Origin: Hydrolagus colliei
Taxonomy: Eukaryota
Length of the DNA: 64,000 nt
Assembly: GCA_035084275.1 (NCBI GenBank)
Contig: CM068755.1
Location: forward strand, 12,276,001-12,340,000
Direction: 5' to 3'
The translations under genes and the position numbers were made by a program. Positions 22,373-34,178 of this stretch are shown piece by piece. Position 1 is the stretch's first letter. Every line of letters starts with the position of its first letter. A model generated the notes under the pieces. It did no database searches. It had not been told where the DNA came from and worked only from the letters and a program-made list of their open reading frames with translations.

Positions 22373-22984
22373 CCATTGGAAGACTTTGCATGTCATTCAG
22401 CATCCTTGTGAATCAATCTTGTATGAACTACAGATGACTTCACTCAAACAAGAAAAGTATTATTGCTCCTAGCTTTTCGATTTAACTGTTCTTGAATAGA
22501 ACCTCGGAGGCACAAAATACAACAAAAAGCTTCTGTGAATCAAAAGTACTGAATTTATTCTGCTTGCCCTTTCTCTGACAAAGAAGAAGGGCGGAGGTAA
22601 AATTCATTTAGCTCAAGAGTCAAGACCCAAGTCCCATCCTTTCCCTTAGGCCAGGGATATTGCAATCCAATTGCATTCCATTAATTACAAACAACACGTC
22701 ATTAAAGTACATACAGTACTACGATCTTAACATGCAGTATTGTTTTGTGTCCTGTTTATTGCACAAAACAATCTCTAAGGAATTTGACACTGTGTGTTCT
22801 ATGCAACAGTTGTACACATTTTTACATGTCACAGTCTAGACCCTATATTATTGCATTCAGCCTAATGTTAACAACTGAACACTAACTACCGTGCTTATCT
22901 GCATCATGTTAGATCATTTTTACAGGAGTTCCCATAAGTTATATTTCAGAAAACGTTTTGAAATTCAAGCTCACTATGTGAGGG

Positions 22985-23086
22985 TTTTTTTTCTCTCTCT
23001 CCCCTTTTCTTTCATTTTTTTTTCCTCTCTCCCCTTTTCTTTCATTTTTTTTCCCCTCTCTCCCCTGTTCTTTCATTTTTTTTCTC
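22985..23086. repeat. Polypyrimidine minisatellite, ~3.3 copies of a 30-31 bp unit
   Basis: Unit approximately TTTTTTTTCCTCTCTCCCCTTTTCTTTCA repeated three times. Confidence 0.9.
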
Positions 23087-24112
23087 ATTAAGGAGAGGAC
23101 TCCTGAGCTCAGGAACATGATCCTTTTCTACTTTTGCTTTTTACTGTCATTGCCAAGCAGTTGCAGTGCGGGTAAAACCTGGACAGATACAGAAGAAATC
23201 TCTCCTACTTCGCCCTGGTGGCTTAATCTCAATTTCAGAATGTGGTTGTCAATTTATTGGCAATTGGTGCTGAATGAAGTGCAGATACAATGAACATCCA
23301 CCAAGAAATGCAGAAATAACATTCGGATAGTTTAAAATGAGATCCCAACAGTGAAAGACTGTGATGCTTATTCACAGTTTCTCTGAAACCTATAATTTTT
23401 TTGATAGGGTAGATCTCGTAAGGCGGAGTGCTTTGAAATTTGTTTCAATATAAGTATGGAAACAATTGCAAATTGACAGCATTAAATAAAAACAATTGAC
23501 TCGTATTTTAAATCAGCTGTAGAATAATGTTTGCATGTTGAAACTGGTTTGTTTGTATGTGGCGTATGCTGGTATGTAAATCAATGATGATTTATGACTC
23601 GATTGAAAAGAAAAATACAGAAATATCTGGTTCTATGTTTGCCTCTTCCATGTCATTTAGGCTGTTTTTTTTAAAAAAAACTCCTGTTTAAAATTCCCCA
23701 AGATAGCTTTTGACATTAAAATGTCATTTGGTGCTCTTTCACTGAGAAGCAAATATTCATAACAACAGCGACCCAATCTGACTATGTTACCATGGGTTCA
23801 CTAGTGGTTAAGTGTCACTGTATTGCCATTGAAAGTCTACAAGTTATTTCACTTTGCGCTAGACTCAATAACTTACAGTGTATGTCACTTGTACATCACA
23901 TTGAAAGTGCAATTCTGTTGGATTTTGATAGTTTGGACATCAAAAATAATGATTTCATCAATAATATTGACAATGTATCTGTTTACAGTGAAGTAAAACT
24001 TGATTCTTGTTGAAAGTTGTCAGTTAGTTACAACTCTGAATGTATCATTAAAACAAATCTTACACTTCCGCAAAGACTTTAAGGAAAACCATGTCATGCA
24101 AATAATACAAAT

Positions 24113-24180
24113 TCCTGCTAACTCATCACTCCAAGGCAAAAGGACTCAGTGATGAGTTGTCAGGAGTGGTGAGTTGGTAT
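24113..24180. repeat. Imperfect hairpin / MITE-like remnant
   Basis: TCCTGCTAACTCATCACT (24113-24130) pairs with AGTGATGAGTTGTCAGGA (24148-24165) at 16/18 positions around a 17-nt loop. AGTGRTGAGTTG is repeated on the right side. Confidence 0.6.
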
Positions 24181-24539
24181 ATGTATAAATACATAAATAA
24201 ATGTGTCCAGGATAATGATAACACGATGACTTCAGTGATAGTGACAAGCTAAGCCAGGGTCGAGGTGTCAGGTGTTTACTGTACGGAATACACACCACAT
24301 ACACATTTATTCATCAAATTCATTTTCCACTATCCTTTTAACAAGGAAATAAAGGTCACTGCAGTACTTCCATTTTTAGCGTATTGTAATTGTGGATCCC
24401 TCCCATCAAACAGAAAGCACTGCAAAGCTCACATCAATTTAATGATCCAAAAACAAACCACATAGTTGTGAACTGTTGTCACTTGTGTGATTTCCAAGTG
24501 ACTGTTGAGCTTTCAAAGGACATTTGTATCTAAATACTT

Positions 24540-24653
24540 GTATCCAAATGTCTGCCATCAAATACAGCCATTTCACTTTACGATAATTGCCTGTGGATTG
24601 CTTTGAGACGTTTTGATGTTGTAGGTGTGATATTAAATGCAAGATTATTATTA
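24540..24653 (+). mobile_element. SINE 3' part
   Basis: AAATACAGCCATTTCACTTTAC..CTGTGG..GCTTTGAGACG..AAATGCAAGATTATTATT. Confidence 0.7.
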
Positions 24654-24891
24654 CAGTATACTTTAATTCAGACCAAGCCAGGACTTGAACCTGTGGCCTG
24701 TTGGGCTGTACAGTTCATTTGAACTGGTGGTGCCTTTATGTACTAGCTCATGAAGTGTGTCCACTTGACAAAATGTGAGTCAATTGATCTAACAACAAAC
24801 ATAAACCAATCTGTTATGCTTTATTCATAAAACTAACCTGGAGGTTGTAAATTGGTTTGTTGTTCTGCTTGTTTTTTCTTATTGATTCACA

Positions 24892-25180
24892 AGTGACCTT
24901 ATTGAAATCTTTCAGATCCTAAGGTTTATAGACAAGCTCTCATACCTTATTCAATATCATTGAGAAGTTCAAAACCACAGGTCGTCGTTTGAACTCAGAA
25001 AAGGAGAGAGTGAATAGATAGTTAACATTTAACTATTTTATATTGTGGATAATTAACCTATAGAGGAGTTTGACCTGGAGGGCAGTAGAAGCAGATCCTG
25101 TGGCCATTTGGATTTTTGGTGGTAAAAGTGATTAGTAGGGAGGTGAAATATGGACAGATGATAAAACCAAATGGCCAGGC
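24892..25180 (+). mobile_element. Old CR1 3' remnant
   Basis: GTGACCTTATTGAAATCTTTCAGATCCTAAGG (DLIEIFQILR), a degenerate T.G motif, GCAGTAGAAGCAGA (AVEA) and an AAATGGCC tail. Confidence 0.55.
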
Positions 25181-25269
25181 CAGTTAAAACAAGCCAAGTG
25201 GCAACCCTTGGTGGAGCACGAGTAGTACTCATTCATTTAACAAAAACACAAAATGCCATATATTCTCAT

Positions 25270-25343
25270 ATCTGTTTGAGACCCTTTGACACATGCTGGG
25301 GAGTCAATTTTGGGTCACAACCCACGAGTTGAGAAAAGCGACT
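25270..25343 (+). mobile_element. hAT (Charlie-like) non-autonomous transposon, right end
   Basis: GACCCTTTGACACATGCT..TTTTGGGTCACAACCCACGAGTTGAGAAAAGCGACTG resembles the recalled hAT terminus GGGTCGCGACCCAC.GTTGAGAA.C.CTG. Confidence 0.5.
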
Positions 25344-26339
25344 GTGATGGATCTCTTAATTCAACAAAGGACAGTAACCTTTCTTTACACAAGAGACAAC
25401 ATTCTGTCACCACAGTCTGAGAGCGAGGTCAATAAGTGTAGACACGGCATGGGAAGCATTTCAGCAATATTCCATGTATTTATTTGGGATTGATTTAAAA
25501 AAAGTTAAATAGAAGCTATAAATGGTCCTCATTTTCTTTTGGCCACATTGCTCATAGCTGTTGTGCTCGTGTTGCTGTCATAATCTTGAAGGAAACCGAG
25601 CCAGGCTACATCTCTGAATTATTGTGATGGATTGACATAGACCAGATGAACTATGAATGGCTTAATGGCTTTGCACTAGTCTTAATCCAAAAGGATGAGA
25701 TAGGTTTGCAGCTTGCCAAACAGGGCTACAATCACTGGACAAATATAGCCTTTGCAAAACACTATATTGCTATCTTTGATTAGCAGGACTGAGTTTTCCT
25801 AAGAAAATCTACTCTGATGGATTAAATTCTTTTAATTTGGTTACCCCTAACTCGTAACCTATATTTATGTTGATCTTTTAGTAAACTCAGAGTATGGAGT
25901 GAGCAAAGGCCAGATCTTCTCTTAATGCATGCAATCCCACGTCATATTTTTAAAGATATTGAAGGTGTTTGATTCAAGGTTTATTCATTGTGTCCCCTGT
26001 GAGTTTCTGCCAACTTGTCTCTTCAAATTCCTGTCTACTTCCTGTTATATACTGTATTTAAAATAAATATTCTCATGTTTCTTCTGAGAATCTTCTATGA
26101 CCTTATTAAATATTTGCCTTGTTAATGAAAAGGTTTCCAATTGCCATTATGCCTTCCTTGTTGTGCTTTGAACTTATTCATTACTTTGAAACCATGGCTG
26201 GCGCTCATATGTAGTTTGAATCACACTTGTGATAGTTTTACCAAGGCGAGGGGTAATTAAATTATTTTTAGACCTATCCTGGGGAGGATGGTATGGTGCT
26301 AGAATCCGCCCTCCCCCCTTTGCACAACTTATGCACCAA

Positions 26340-26700
26340 GTTTATTAAGCACAGCTGTTACAGTTGGCATGGTAGGCAGAGCAAGTGGAGTTGTTGCTAT
26401 TGCTGCAGCTACAGTTGGGAGAGCAGGGACAGGAAACTCATTTGACACTGTTAAAACAGACATTCCTAGTAACCCAGCTGGTACCCGAGTACAACACAGA
26501 ACCTTGGAACACAAGGCTGAAAAAAGTCTTGTCTATGATCAATATTCACGATTCCTAACTGAGTGTGTACTGTGTGTACAGCTGTTTGCCATTTTTAACT
26601 TGGATGCACAATCAGCCACCAGTGGTGCAGATGTGTGTATTACTAGGGTTGCACATGTGTACCCACTGCTTAAGGAAAAATGAGCTGCTTCCTCCCTGAA
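26340..26700. promoter_or_regulatory. E-box/MCAT cluster, candidate (muscle-type) enhancer
   Basis: CAGCTG at 26352, 26475 and 26579; CAGTTG at 26361 and 26412; CAGATG at 26628; TEAD-type CATTCCT at 26461. Confidence 0.3.
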
Positions 26701-27747
26701 ATTGTCCATTTGATCTTAACAAAGACTATGTTCATTTTAATGATTTGAATTTACTTTTTAAGTAGCTTGAAAAAAATCCATCCAATCTCATGGCACATTT
26801 GTTGGACACAATACAAAAGGTCACGAATGACTCACGTTTACGTACCTTGTTTTTTTTAATCTCTTATGGCAAATTTATTTAGAAATGTACAGTACTTTGG
26901 CCATTATCCAGCTACCTATTGCCTTAAAGCAAAATGGTTAGCTTTTTTACATTACAAATCACTGTAAGTTATGCATCAATAGGGTCCATTGGGAAAAGCT
27001 TAGAATGTCTTCCATCCATCTGATGTATCCATTCCCTGTTTTGTGCTGCTTTCTGCTGTATTTGATCTGCCTACTTTAGTGTAATGGGGAAAAATGTGGT
27101 GTGGTTGAGATTTATGTCAGCCATATTTATCAATTCATCAAACAATTTGTAATTTCTTTTCGAGATTTTTAAACTTACTACTGTATTAGGAAATGGAGTG
27201 GCCAACTCCCGAGGCAACAATGAAATCAGCACATTGACAGAGGTCAAGTGAAAGTTTTTAAAAAAGAAATTACATGAGGAGTTTGGACAGTGTGCTTTAA
27301 GACCTAAAGGATATGATTCGCAATCCAGGAGTGGGCTGATCTGATAAGTGAGTTTTTGGACAACAACATGAGTGGGATATAATGCGATCCCGTGTGGCTT
27401 TAAAAAGCATTATGTTTATCCCATGCATTAAAATCTAATTACACAAAGAATTAGATGAAGTTAATTAAATATGATGGCTGAAGGCCTCTGAGATTATTAG
27501 GAACTTTAAATAAGATGAGGGAGGTGCGTTGTTACAGCATAGACTTTGTCAATGTTGGAACCTTGAATCACATTTCCGAAATACAATTGCAGGATGAACA
27601 ATGCGTCCACCATGTGTGCTTTAACCGTTATATTTCTGCAGACATTGGGAAAGCAGATTAGATAAGCGGGTTGTGCTAACCTTGAATATTTAATGAATTT
27701 TATGTGAAAGACCAGGAATGACCTGGTCCTGGAGAAATTCAACACTG

Positions 27748-28100
27748 TACCAGTTTTGGTGGCCACTATGAGCATTGACCACTTTCAGAACTGGCACGGT
27801 AGGGTAAGCTACAGAACAAAGCTCCCTCTATTCTGTTCTGGCAACGTGCCTCAGCCCCGAGCCAGAGAAAAGCATCTCAAGTGCCATCAGTAAGGTATTT
27901 CACCGTTTCTCACCAATCTGCAGCCTCTTAGAGTGAGATTGCCAGATTAAGTAAATCTTGTGTTTCCGAGACGACTGAAATTTGATTGAAACTGCACAAA
28001 CCTAATTCACGTAAAACGTTTACAGCCAATAATCAGAGGAGACTTTCATTCCACTAGTCTGAGCTGGATATGAGGTCCAATGTCTAGCCCATTGTGTCCA
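27748..28100 (-). mobile_element. LF-SINE-like element, near full length
   Basis: Minus strand: ATCCAGCTCAGACT..GAATGAAAGTC head, GGCAATCTCACTCTAAGAGGC middle, GGCTGAGGCACGTTG..AGAGGGAGCTTTG end. Same order as the recalled LF-SINE and homologous to the two copies at 42.5-43.2 kb. Confidence 0.65.
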
Positions 28101-28199
28101 GTTCTCTTACTCGATTTATTTTAATGAAATGGTGTCCTGCAGAAAATCAACCTACATGTATTGAGCGGTATGAAACATTGATTGAATAAATATAAAACT

Positions 28200-28330
28200 T
28201 TGTCAATTTCAAAATGACCTCTTTTACCAGCTCTCAGCTGGAGATTTACTTTATCCTTTGTGCTTTGATTCCGGCACAGCGAGAGACCGAGCAAGGCTAA
28301 GGTCAAAGTCATATGATGTGGCATTAGAAT
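28200..28330. promoter_or_regulatory. Candidate enhancer (nuclear receptor plus TCF motifs)
   Basis: CAAGGCTA (28292) abutting AGGTCAAAGTCA (28300-28311), TGACCT at ~28215, CTTTGAT at 28263, CAGCTG, and several retained CpGs. Confidence 0.3.
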
Positions 28331-28937
28331 ATATGAGAATTCTCATCAAAAGATTTTTCAAAGGAAAGATATTCCTACAATTAGAATGTGATGCAATTTC
28401 CATGAAATGTTCATATTTTATGGAGGTGACATTCACACATGATATAAATGAGAATTTTTTATCTGAAATTCGAGAACAAAAGTTTAAATTGTTCAGTTTT
28501 AACAGTTCCTTTATTCTAAATGAGGCAGGGGTAAATGCAAGAAGCACTGAAACTGAATACTCTGTCAAGATTAGAGTAACAGGTATAGACACAAAGTTAG
28601 CGATTTTATCATTAAGACATTACATTTATTTCCTGATATTTTTATAAAATATTAGTAATATTTCCTGGCGGTCAAGCCTGCTGTGATCCAGCATTTACTA
28701 AATTCAGTGTCCATTGTATCACGGCTAGATGTAACATCTTGACATCACATTTATCATCACCTTGTAAAAATGAAGACAAATTTATTTCTGAAAAGGAATT
28801 TTTCAATTAAATAATACAGTATATCCTTAAAAACCTGTATTCATTTATGTATGTATAATATGTGTAAAACTGTTTATATAAGATTGGGAAACCTAAATAT
28901 CTTAGTCTTAATTCTATTGATCCAAAAACCCATGGTC

Positions 28938-29170
28938 CACATTCATCCTGCTTCCAATCCCATCATTCCAGTTCGCACCATGCTCCACTGTCTCCCTGTC
29001 TCCCAGTGGATTGACTTCAAAGTCCTCACCACTATTTATAAATTTCTACACGTCCAGGTTCAGTACTTTGCTATCCCTGTGATCTTCTCCAATCCCTTCC
29101 CTTCTTCGCATCACCATTGCTAGCCTGGCCTTCAGCAACCATGTTCCTAATCTCTGGAACTCTTTCCAAG
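28938..29170 (+). mobile_element. L2 ORF2 remnant
   Basis: PIIPVRTMLHCLPVSQWIDFKVLTTIYKFLH corresponds to the L2 motif ITP.L..LHWLPV..RI.FK.L...YK.LH. Confidence 0.85.
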
Positions 29171-29967
29171 ATTGTGGACTTTTCCAAGATTGCATTGATT
29201 AGCCATGGGAAGTGCTGTAAAGATTGTACATTAAATAAAATAGACCATCCACCTGGGCAACCCCAATTCCGCAATCCATTGTCATCCATAACATATGTGG
29301 AACATCTATATCTTTGTAATTTTGTGATGCTATGCATTTTGTGTTACTAAACACGAGCCAGAAAGCCACCTGCATTTATATGCATGAAGGGGAATTAGTT
29401 TATTTTACTTCTGATGTATTCAAGTCAGAGTGTTAGTAAAACCATTACTTTAATACCCAGTGGAAATGTGAGCTGAAAGTAATTCAAAGGCATTTTATGT
29501 GCATGTAGTCTTGCTTCACATTTGACAATGCAGCTGTACCTCTCACTGATATTTGTATTGACAGTTACTCGATAGCTATCCTTTAGATATGCAAAGGATC
29601 CAACTGCTAATGCAAGTGAAATTCAATCTCATTATTGAGCAAATTAGTGTATGTTATAGCAGACTTTAACCCTTCATTATCTCCTTCTCGGTCCTTTAGT
29701 GTTTCTAATTGACTTAATTCAACTTGTGATGTTGATTTGGTGATCTGTCAAGAGAAATGGTTCACTCAAACTGTTTGTTTCAGTGGCGCTCAGGGCTGGG
29801 CTCGGATTTGATGCCATATGGCAATAAATATACTAATCTCTAATTATGAAAGAGCTAAATTCATGCTAGAAGTGTACAAGAAATTATGCTTCCAATGTTA
29901 TCTGACTGGTAGCACGTGACTGCACAATGTAGCCAAAGTGTGAATTAAGTGACTGCCCTAAGCTCTG

Positions 29968-30080
29968 TGCTGGTGGTGCTGTCCTTCAGATGAGACTTCA
30001 AGTTGAGGTCCCATCTGCCTGTCCAAGTGGACGTTAAAAGCTTCCATGCCACTATTTCAAAAGAGAAAGGATTTCAGGGA
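29968..30080 (+). mobile_element. Deu-domain SINE core
   Basis: GGTGCTGTCCTTCAGATGAGAC..GAGGTCCCATCTGCCTG..GTGGACGTTAAAAG..CCATGCCACTATTTCAAAAGAG. Confidence 0.8.
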
Positions 30081-31204
30081 ATCTCAACAAAGTAAGAATA
30101 CTTGGAGGTTTGAAATCTACTCATAACCAAAATTCTACAATTATTAATAATGTAGCATTAATTTTATGGCTGTAGATGTCACTAAAATCATGGAAGACAA
30201 TACATATATAGCATTGCTTGTGTAAGATCACAGTGGACAATAAATACAACATTGGCTGAAAAATGTGACATTTGATTTGGTAATTACCAGCGATAACACA
30301 TCACTTATCACAATTTTGAGATACTGAACTGAAGAAAGAGAATGAACATTGTTAGGTACTTTAAATTTTCTGTTCGCATGAACTCCTTTAGTCTCACAAT
30401 GGAGTGCACAGTTCTGAAGTCAGATGTTAGTTTAAATACATGAAGGATTACATGGATGAGGATACAATAATAATTCTGATGGTTGTGGAGATCACGTGGA
30501 TCCATTTAGTTTCATCAATTAGCAAGCATGGAATGGTGCAATGAAAGTCACAAAACAAGCAAGATCAGATAAATCTTCAAACTCAAAATGAATAATCCTA
30601 TAATTTGTAGATAAATTCATAAAGTGCCCAGGAATATTAGATCACACCAACTGCAGGGCTCTAAATACCTTTGAGTAGATCAAGGTACATTCAACACAGA
30701 TATATTTTTAAAAATCCGTTGCTAGTTCAAAGTCTGGGCTGTCAATATTATTATAGCCTGCTCCATCATCGGTAATAAAGCGATAGTGAGGGATGTCAGT
30801 AAGTGGTTTTGCTTTGGTATTCGCCTTGGTATGGGGAGTTGTATAGAAGGTGCTATAAATTATGTTCATTGGTACAATATAAAGAAAAAATAAGATTAGG
30901 TATTGCAAGCTAGTTTTATGGTCAGTGAGCAAAATAAGAGAAAGGATTAGCTTTAGGTATTACTCAGCATATAAGGAGAGTAGTTACATTTATTACTCTA
31001 TTTTTTACTCTATTACTCTTTTTTTGGATAGTTACAGTCTCCAAGAAAATAGAGCTGATGAAATTGCTCTTTAAAGAGTTATTGAATGTCAGCAGATCAG
31101 AAAGGTAAAAGAAAAAATATTAAACAAGTGAGAGAGATGGAAAAAGAAACTGAGACCCTTAACATCAGAAAGTGGTGATTTCATTGAGGATGGTCAAAAT
31201 AAAT

Positions 31205-31332
31205 ATTAATGATAATTCATAAATCTTGCATTCAATACAGAGTCCTTTCATGTAGGGAGGATGTCTCGAAGTGCTTCATGAGAACAGGAGTGACCGCGTA
31301 TTTTGTAGGTGAATGTGGCCTTCAATTTGTGC
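31205..31332 (-). mobile_element. SINE 3' part
   Basis: CTTGCATT..CCTTTCATG..GGAGGATGTCTCGAAGTGCTTCA..TATTTTGTAGGTGAATGTGGC. Confidence 0.7.
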
Positions 31333-32239
31333 GGGTGAAGGGGGTGGGAGAAGGGGAGGGGGATTTACCAGCCTGGTTTGATACCCACATAGTTTATTCT
31401 GCTCTACTTACTCAGTGTAATAATGATTCTTTTGATGTGCCTATTTTTCTTATATGAACCACATATCAAAAGTTGAGCTGGATTTGCTGAATGCATACAG
31501 GTGCTGCTTCAGCCACCTTTACTATATCAATCTGGTTAATTATTCCCAGGCAGTACCACTTATGTAGTTAAAACAAGTTTACTGTTTAAACTACTTGGTT
31601 TTCAAACATCAACAGAATTGACAGAAACCTAAAAGGATGTTAAATCTAATTATAATTCTAGTAACTGCGTCATTTTTAAAAGGGTGCTGACAGATTTCCT
31701 TTAAGGATAAGTCTTTATTCTCTGACAGTATATGATTGTCTGTCCACTCCAGTCAATTTACAATGCGGAAGGAGGGGAGGATGATTGATATTTGAAAAGA
31801 GAACAACCATCCAGGTTTCAGACTGTAACACAAACCTTCACCAAGCATGTTATTGGTGATGGGATGATAAGATGTTATGAAAATCTGCTTCCAATTCAGA
31901 CTGAAACAAGCCGGATAGTTGTCTTTTTTTTTTCCAAATCAATTTTAGAAAGCAAGTACTGTGGTATTTACTCGATCGTGTGGCCTGATTTCACAAGAAT
32001 TACTAATGAGAATAACCCACAGGATCATACTTCCAGTTTAAGAGATTGGAAAATTAAGTTGGCTCGTAAGTTTGTAATGCCTGAGAAAAGCGCTATAGTA
32101 CACTTAAGGAAAGATGGTGTGTAGTGTTTTCAGAAACCTTAACAAATTAGTGCACAGTGGAGGGCTGTGGAATCTACGCCATTCTATGAAATAGCAAAAT
32201 TGGTGTGATGATCTTCCAGAAGACTTCACAATGAGAGTA

Positions 32240-32578
32240 CTGTAAATCTCCACGCATAAGGCGCACTTTTTTTCACGTGGCAAAGTCTCGAAAGTTGGGG
32301 GTGCGTCCTATACGCAGATACGACCAGCCCCCAGAAGTACGTCATCAAGCTGCGCCGCCAGTACGACTACCCACTCTCCAGGATCGGCAATGCAGACCAG
32401 GCGCCACTCAACTTCAATGTCTGGTAATTCTTACTTCACGGGCTGCACCGCCGATGGATGTTTTTTTCCAGCGGAATTTTTTTTTCCGCCGGCAATATCA
32501 TCGAAAATGCTTCCATTTTTTTTCCGCAAAGTTAAGGTCAAAAGTGGGAGGGTGCACCTTATACGCGGGTATTTACGG
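32240..32578 (+). mobile_element. Non-autonomous pogo/Tigger-superfamily (Tc1/mariner) DNA transposon with internal transposase remnant
   Basis: Flanked by TA (32238-39 and 32579-80). 27-bp TIRs, CTGTAAATCTCCACGCATAAGGCGCAC vs reverse complement CCGTAAATACCCGCGTATAAGGTGCAC (21/27). Internal copy of the TIR motif at ~32298-32318. 32332-32421 encodes QKYVIKLRRQYDYPLSRIGNADQAPLNFNV and 32444-32458 encodes CTADG, both pogo DDE-domain motifs. Confidence 0.9.
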
Positions 32579-32580
32579 TA

Positions 32581-32730
32581 AAATAATCATTTGCATTTGA
32601 TATAGGACCCTTCATATCATTGAGATGTCTCAAAGCGCTTCACAGAAAATATTGAAAACTGGATTGACTGTGTATTTTGTGGGTGAAATGTGCCAACCAA
32701 ATGCATATAGCACTATCATGTAAACAGTTG
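32581..32730 (-). mobile_element. SINE 3' half directly abutting the pogo element
   Basis: TTGCATTTGATATAG..GAGATGTCTCAAAGCGCTTCACAGAA..ATTGACTGTGTATTTTGTGGGTGAAA. Confidence 0.8.
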
Positions 32731-32914
32731 TAGTCTGAGGTTTTGTGGGGGAGGGATTATTACTACTGGAAAGCAATCTGTTAATTGACTAACAACTGGG
32801 TTCCTGACTGCTAAATAAACAGGCATCTACAGAAGCTGATTGAAAGCATCACAAAGTCAGCTGGTGAATTTGTAATGCCTGAAAGAGTACAGTATTGTAA
32901 AATTTTCCTGTATT

Positions 32915-33140
32915 TAAATACCAGATAAGGGGTGATTAAAAATCATTATGATCTCTGGATTCAGAAGACCTTTTTGTGATTTAAGATATATACAAAGCCC
33001 CGATGTTGACTGCAAACTTGTAATTCTCTCTTTCCATCCGTTATTCTCCTGGGAGGAGAGGAGATAACTTGTGATCAGATAGTTATCATATCGGCCAAAA
33101 ATGTGGTCAAAAACAGTCAAGTGTTATTGACCTCGGCGGG
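32915..33140. promoter_or_regulatory. GATA-motif cluster, candidate enhancer
   Basis: AGATAA at 32923 and 33062, AGATAG at 33077, TTATCA at 33083, RUNX-type TGTGGTC at 33102. Confidence 0.3.
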
Positions 33141-33789
33141 AATAAATACTCCTGATTTTGACAAAATAATCAGGTCTGGAGACCATTCAAACAAAACAAA
33201 TGTCAACTTTTAAAGTTAAGCTAAACTGGTATTCTGTCAATCCATGCTGAAATGCGGTGATGACTGGCCCAATTAGTTACTATAATCCACATTTATAATA
33301 ATATATGTGAAGTGCAATCTCTTTCAATCTATCCATTACAATCTATAGATAATGACACTCTTTTGTGTTAAATGATAAATCTCCAAAGTGACCCATAGGT
33401 GGATTTTGGGCAACTGGTCATTGCAATCTGAAGCAAGTAGCTGATTGAGTCTAATGTGCTCTAAGTGAAACAAGATCAGGTTAAGCTGCACTGGTGTACA
33501 AGTCTAAATGTACCACAATTAACTACTGACAGCAGTTATTGTCTGTTACCATGGTATTACCCTTCTCTCATTTCATGTTGCAGCATATGTAAAGTGCTTG
33601 CTGTTTTCAATTAGTAAGTCTTTCATTCATTTGGAAATTGTACTGTACTGTAGAGCTTTACATGAAAACAATTGAATACCAAATCTCTCCAAAATTTAAG
33701 AGTTACTGGAATTGGGTACATATGGCCTATATATAAAAAGTGAAGATCATCTTAAATGCAACAACATTTAGTGCGCATAATTCTCAATG

Positions 33790-34178
33790 AATGCAGATTA
33801 CACCCAAATCTACTTTTCCTCCTCTAGCTTTGACTCCAGGTCAGCTGATGTTCTGTCAGCTTGTTTGTCAGACATCAAGGCCTGGATGAACGTGGACAAG
33901 ATGGAAGCTATACTCCTTGGCTCCTGTCAATGTCTTTTCTCCCGTGGCTCTGACCTGCTCAACCTCCATGGCTAATCCTTAAGACTTACTGAACTTCTAC
34001 GTAACCCAGACATCAGGTTCAATGGCCAGCCGTCCTTCCTACCCCATATCCAGTCCCTGACCAGGGCAGTTTTCCTCCATCTATGTCCCATTAACTCCCT
34101 CTGTTCGTACCTCACACCCAGTGGAGCTGAAACTATCGTCCACACTTTTGTTACCTTCAGCCTCAATTATTCCAATTT
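33790..34178 (+). mobile_element. L2 LINE reverse-transcriptase remnant
   Basis: ADYTQIYFS..LSACLSDIKAWMN..KMEAILLG (decayed YADDTQLY), then SFLPHIQSLT.AVFLHL...YLTPSGAETIVHTFVT.SLNYSN. Confidence 0.9.

Noticed and set aside
26614-26632. CTCF site (GCCACCAGTGGTGCAG)
   Set aside because: One base short in the core relative to CCACCAGGKGGCGC, so not supportable without ChIP data.
26329-26683. Ala/Thr/Val-rich ORFs on both strands as a coding exon
   Set aside because: No recognisable homology or splice boundaries; better explained as an E-box-rich non-coding block.
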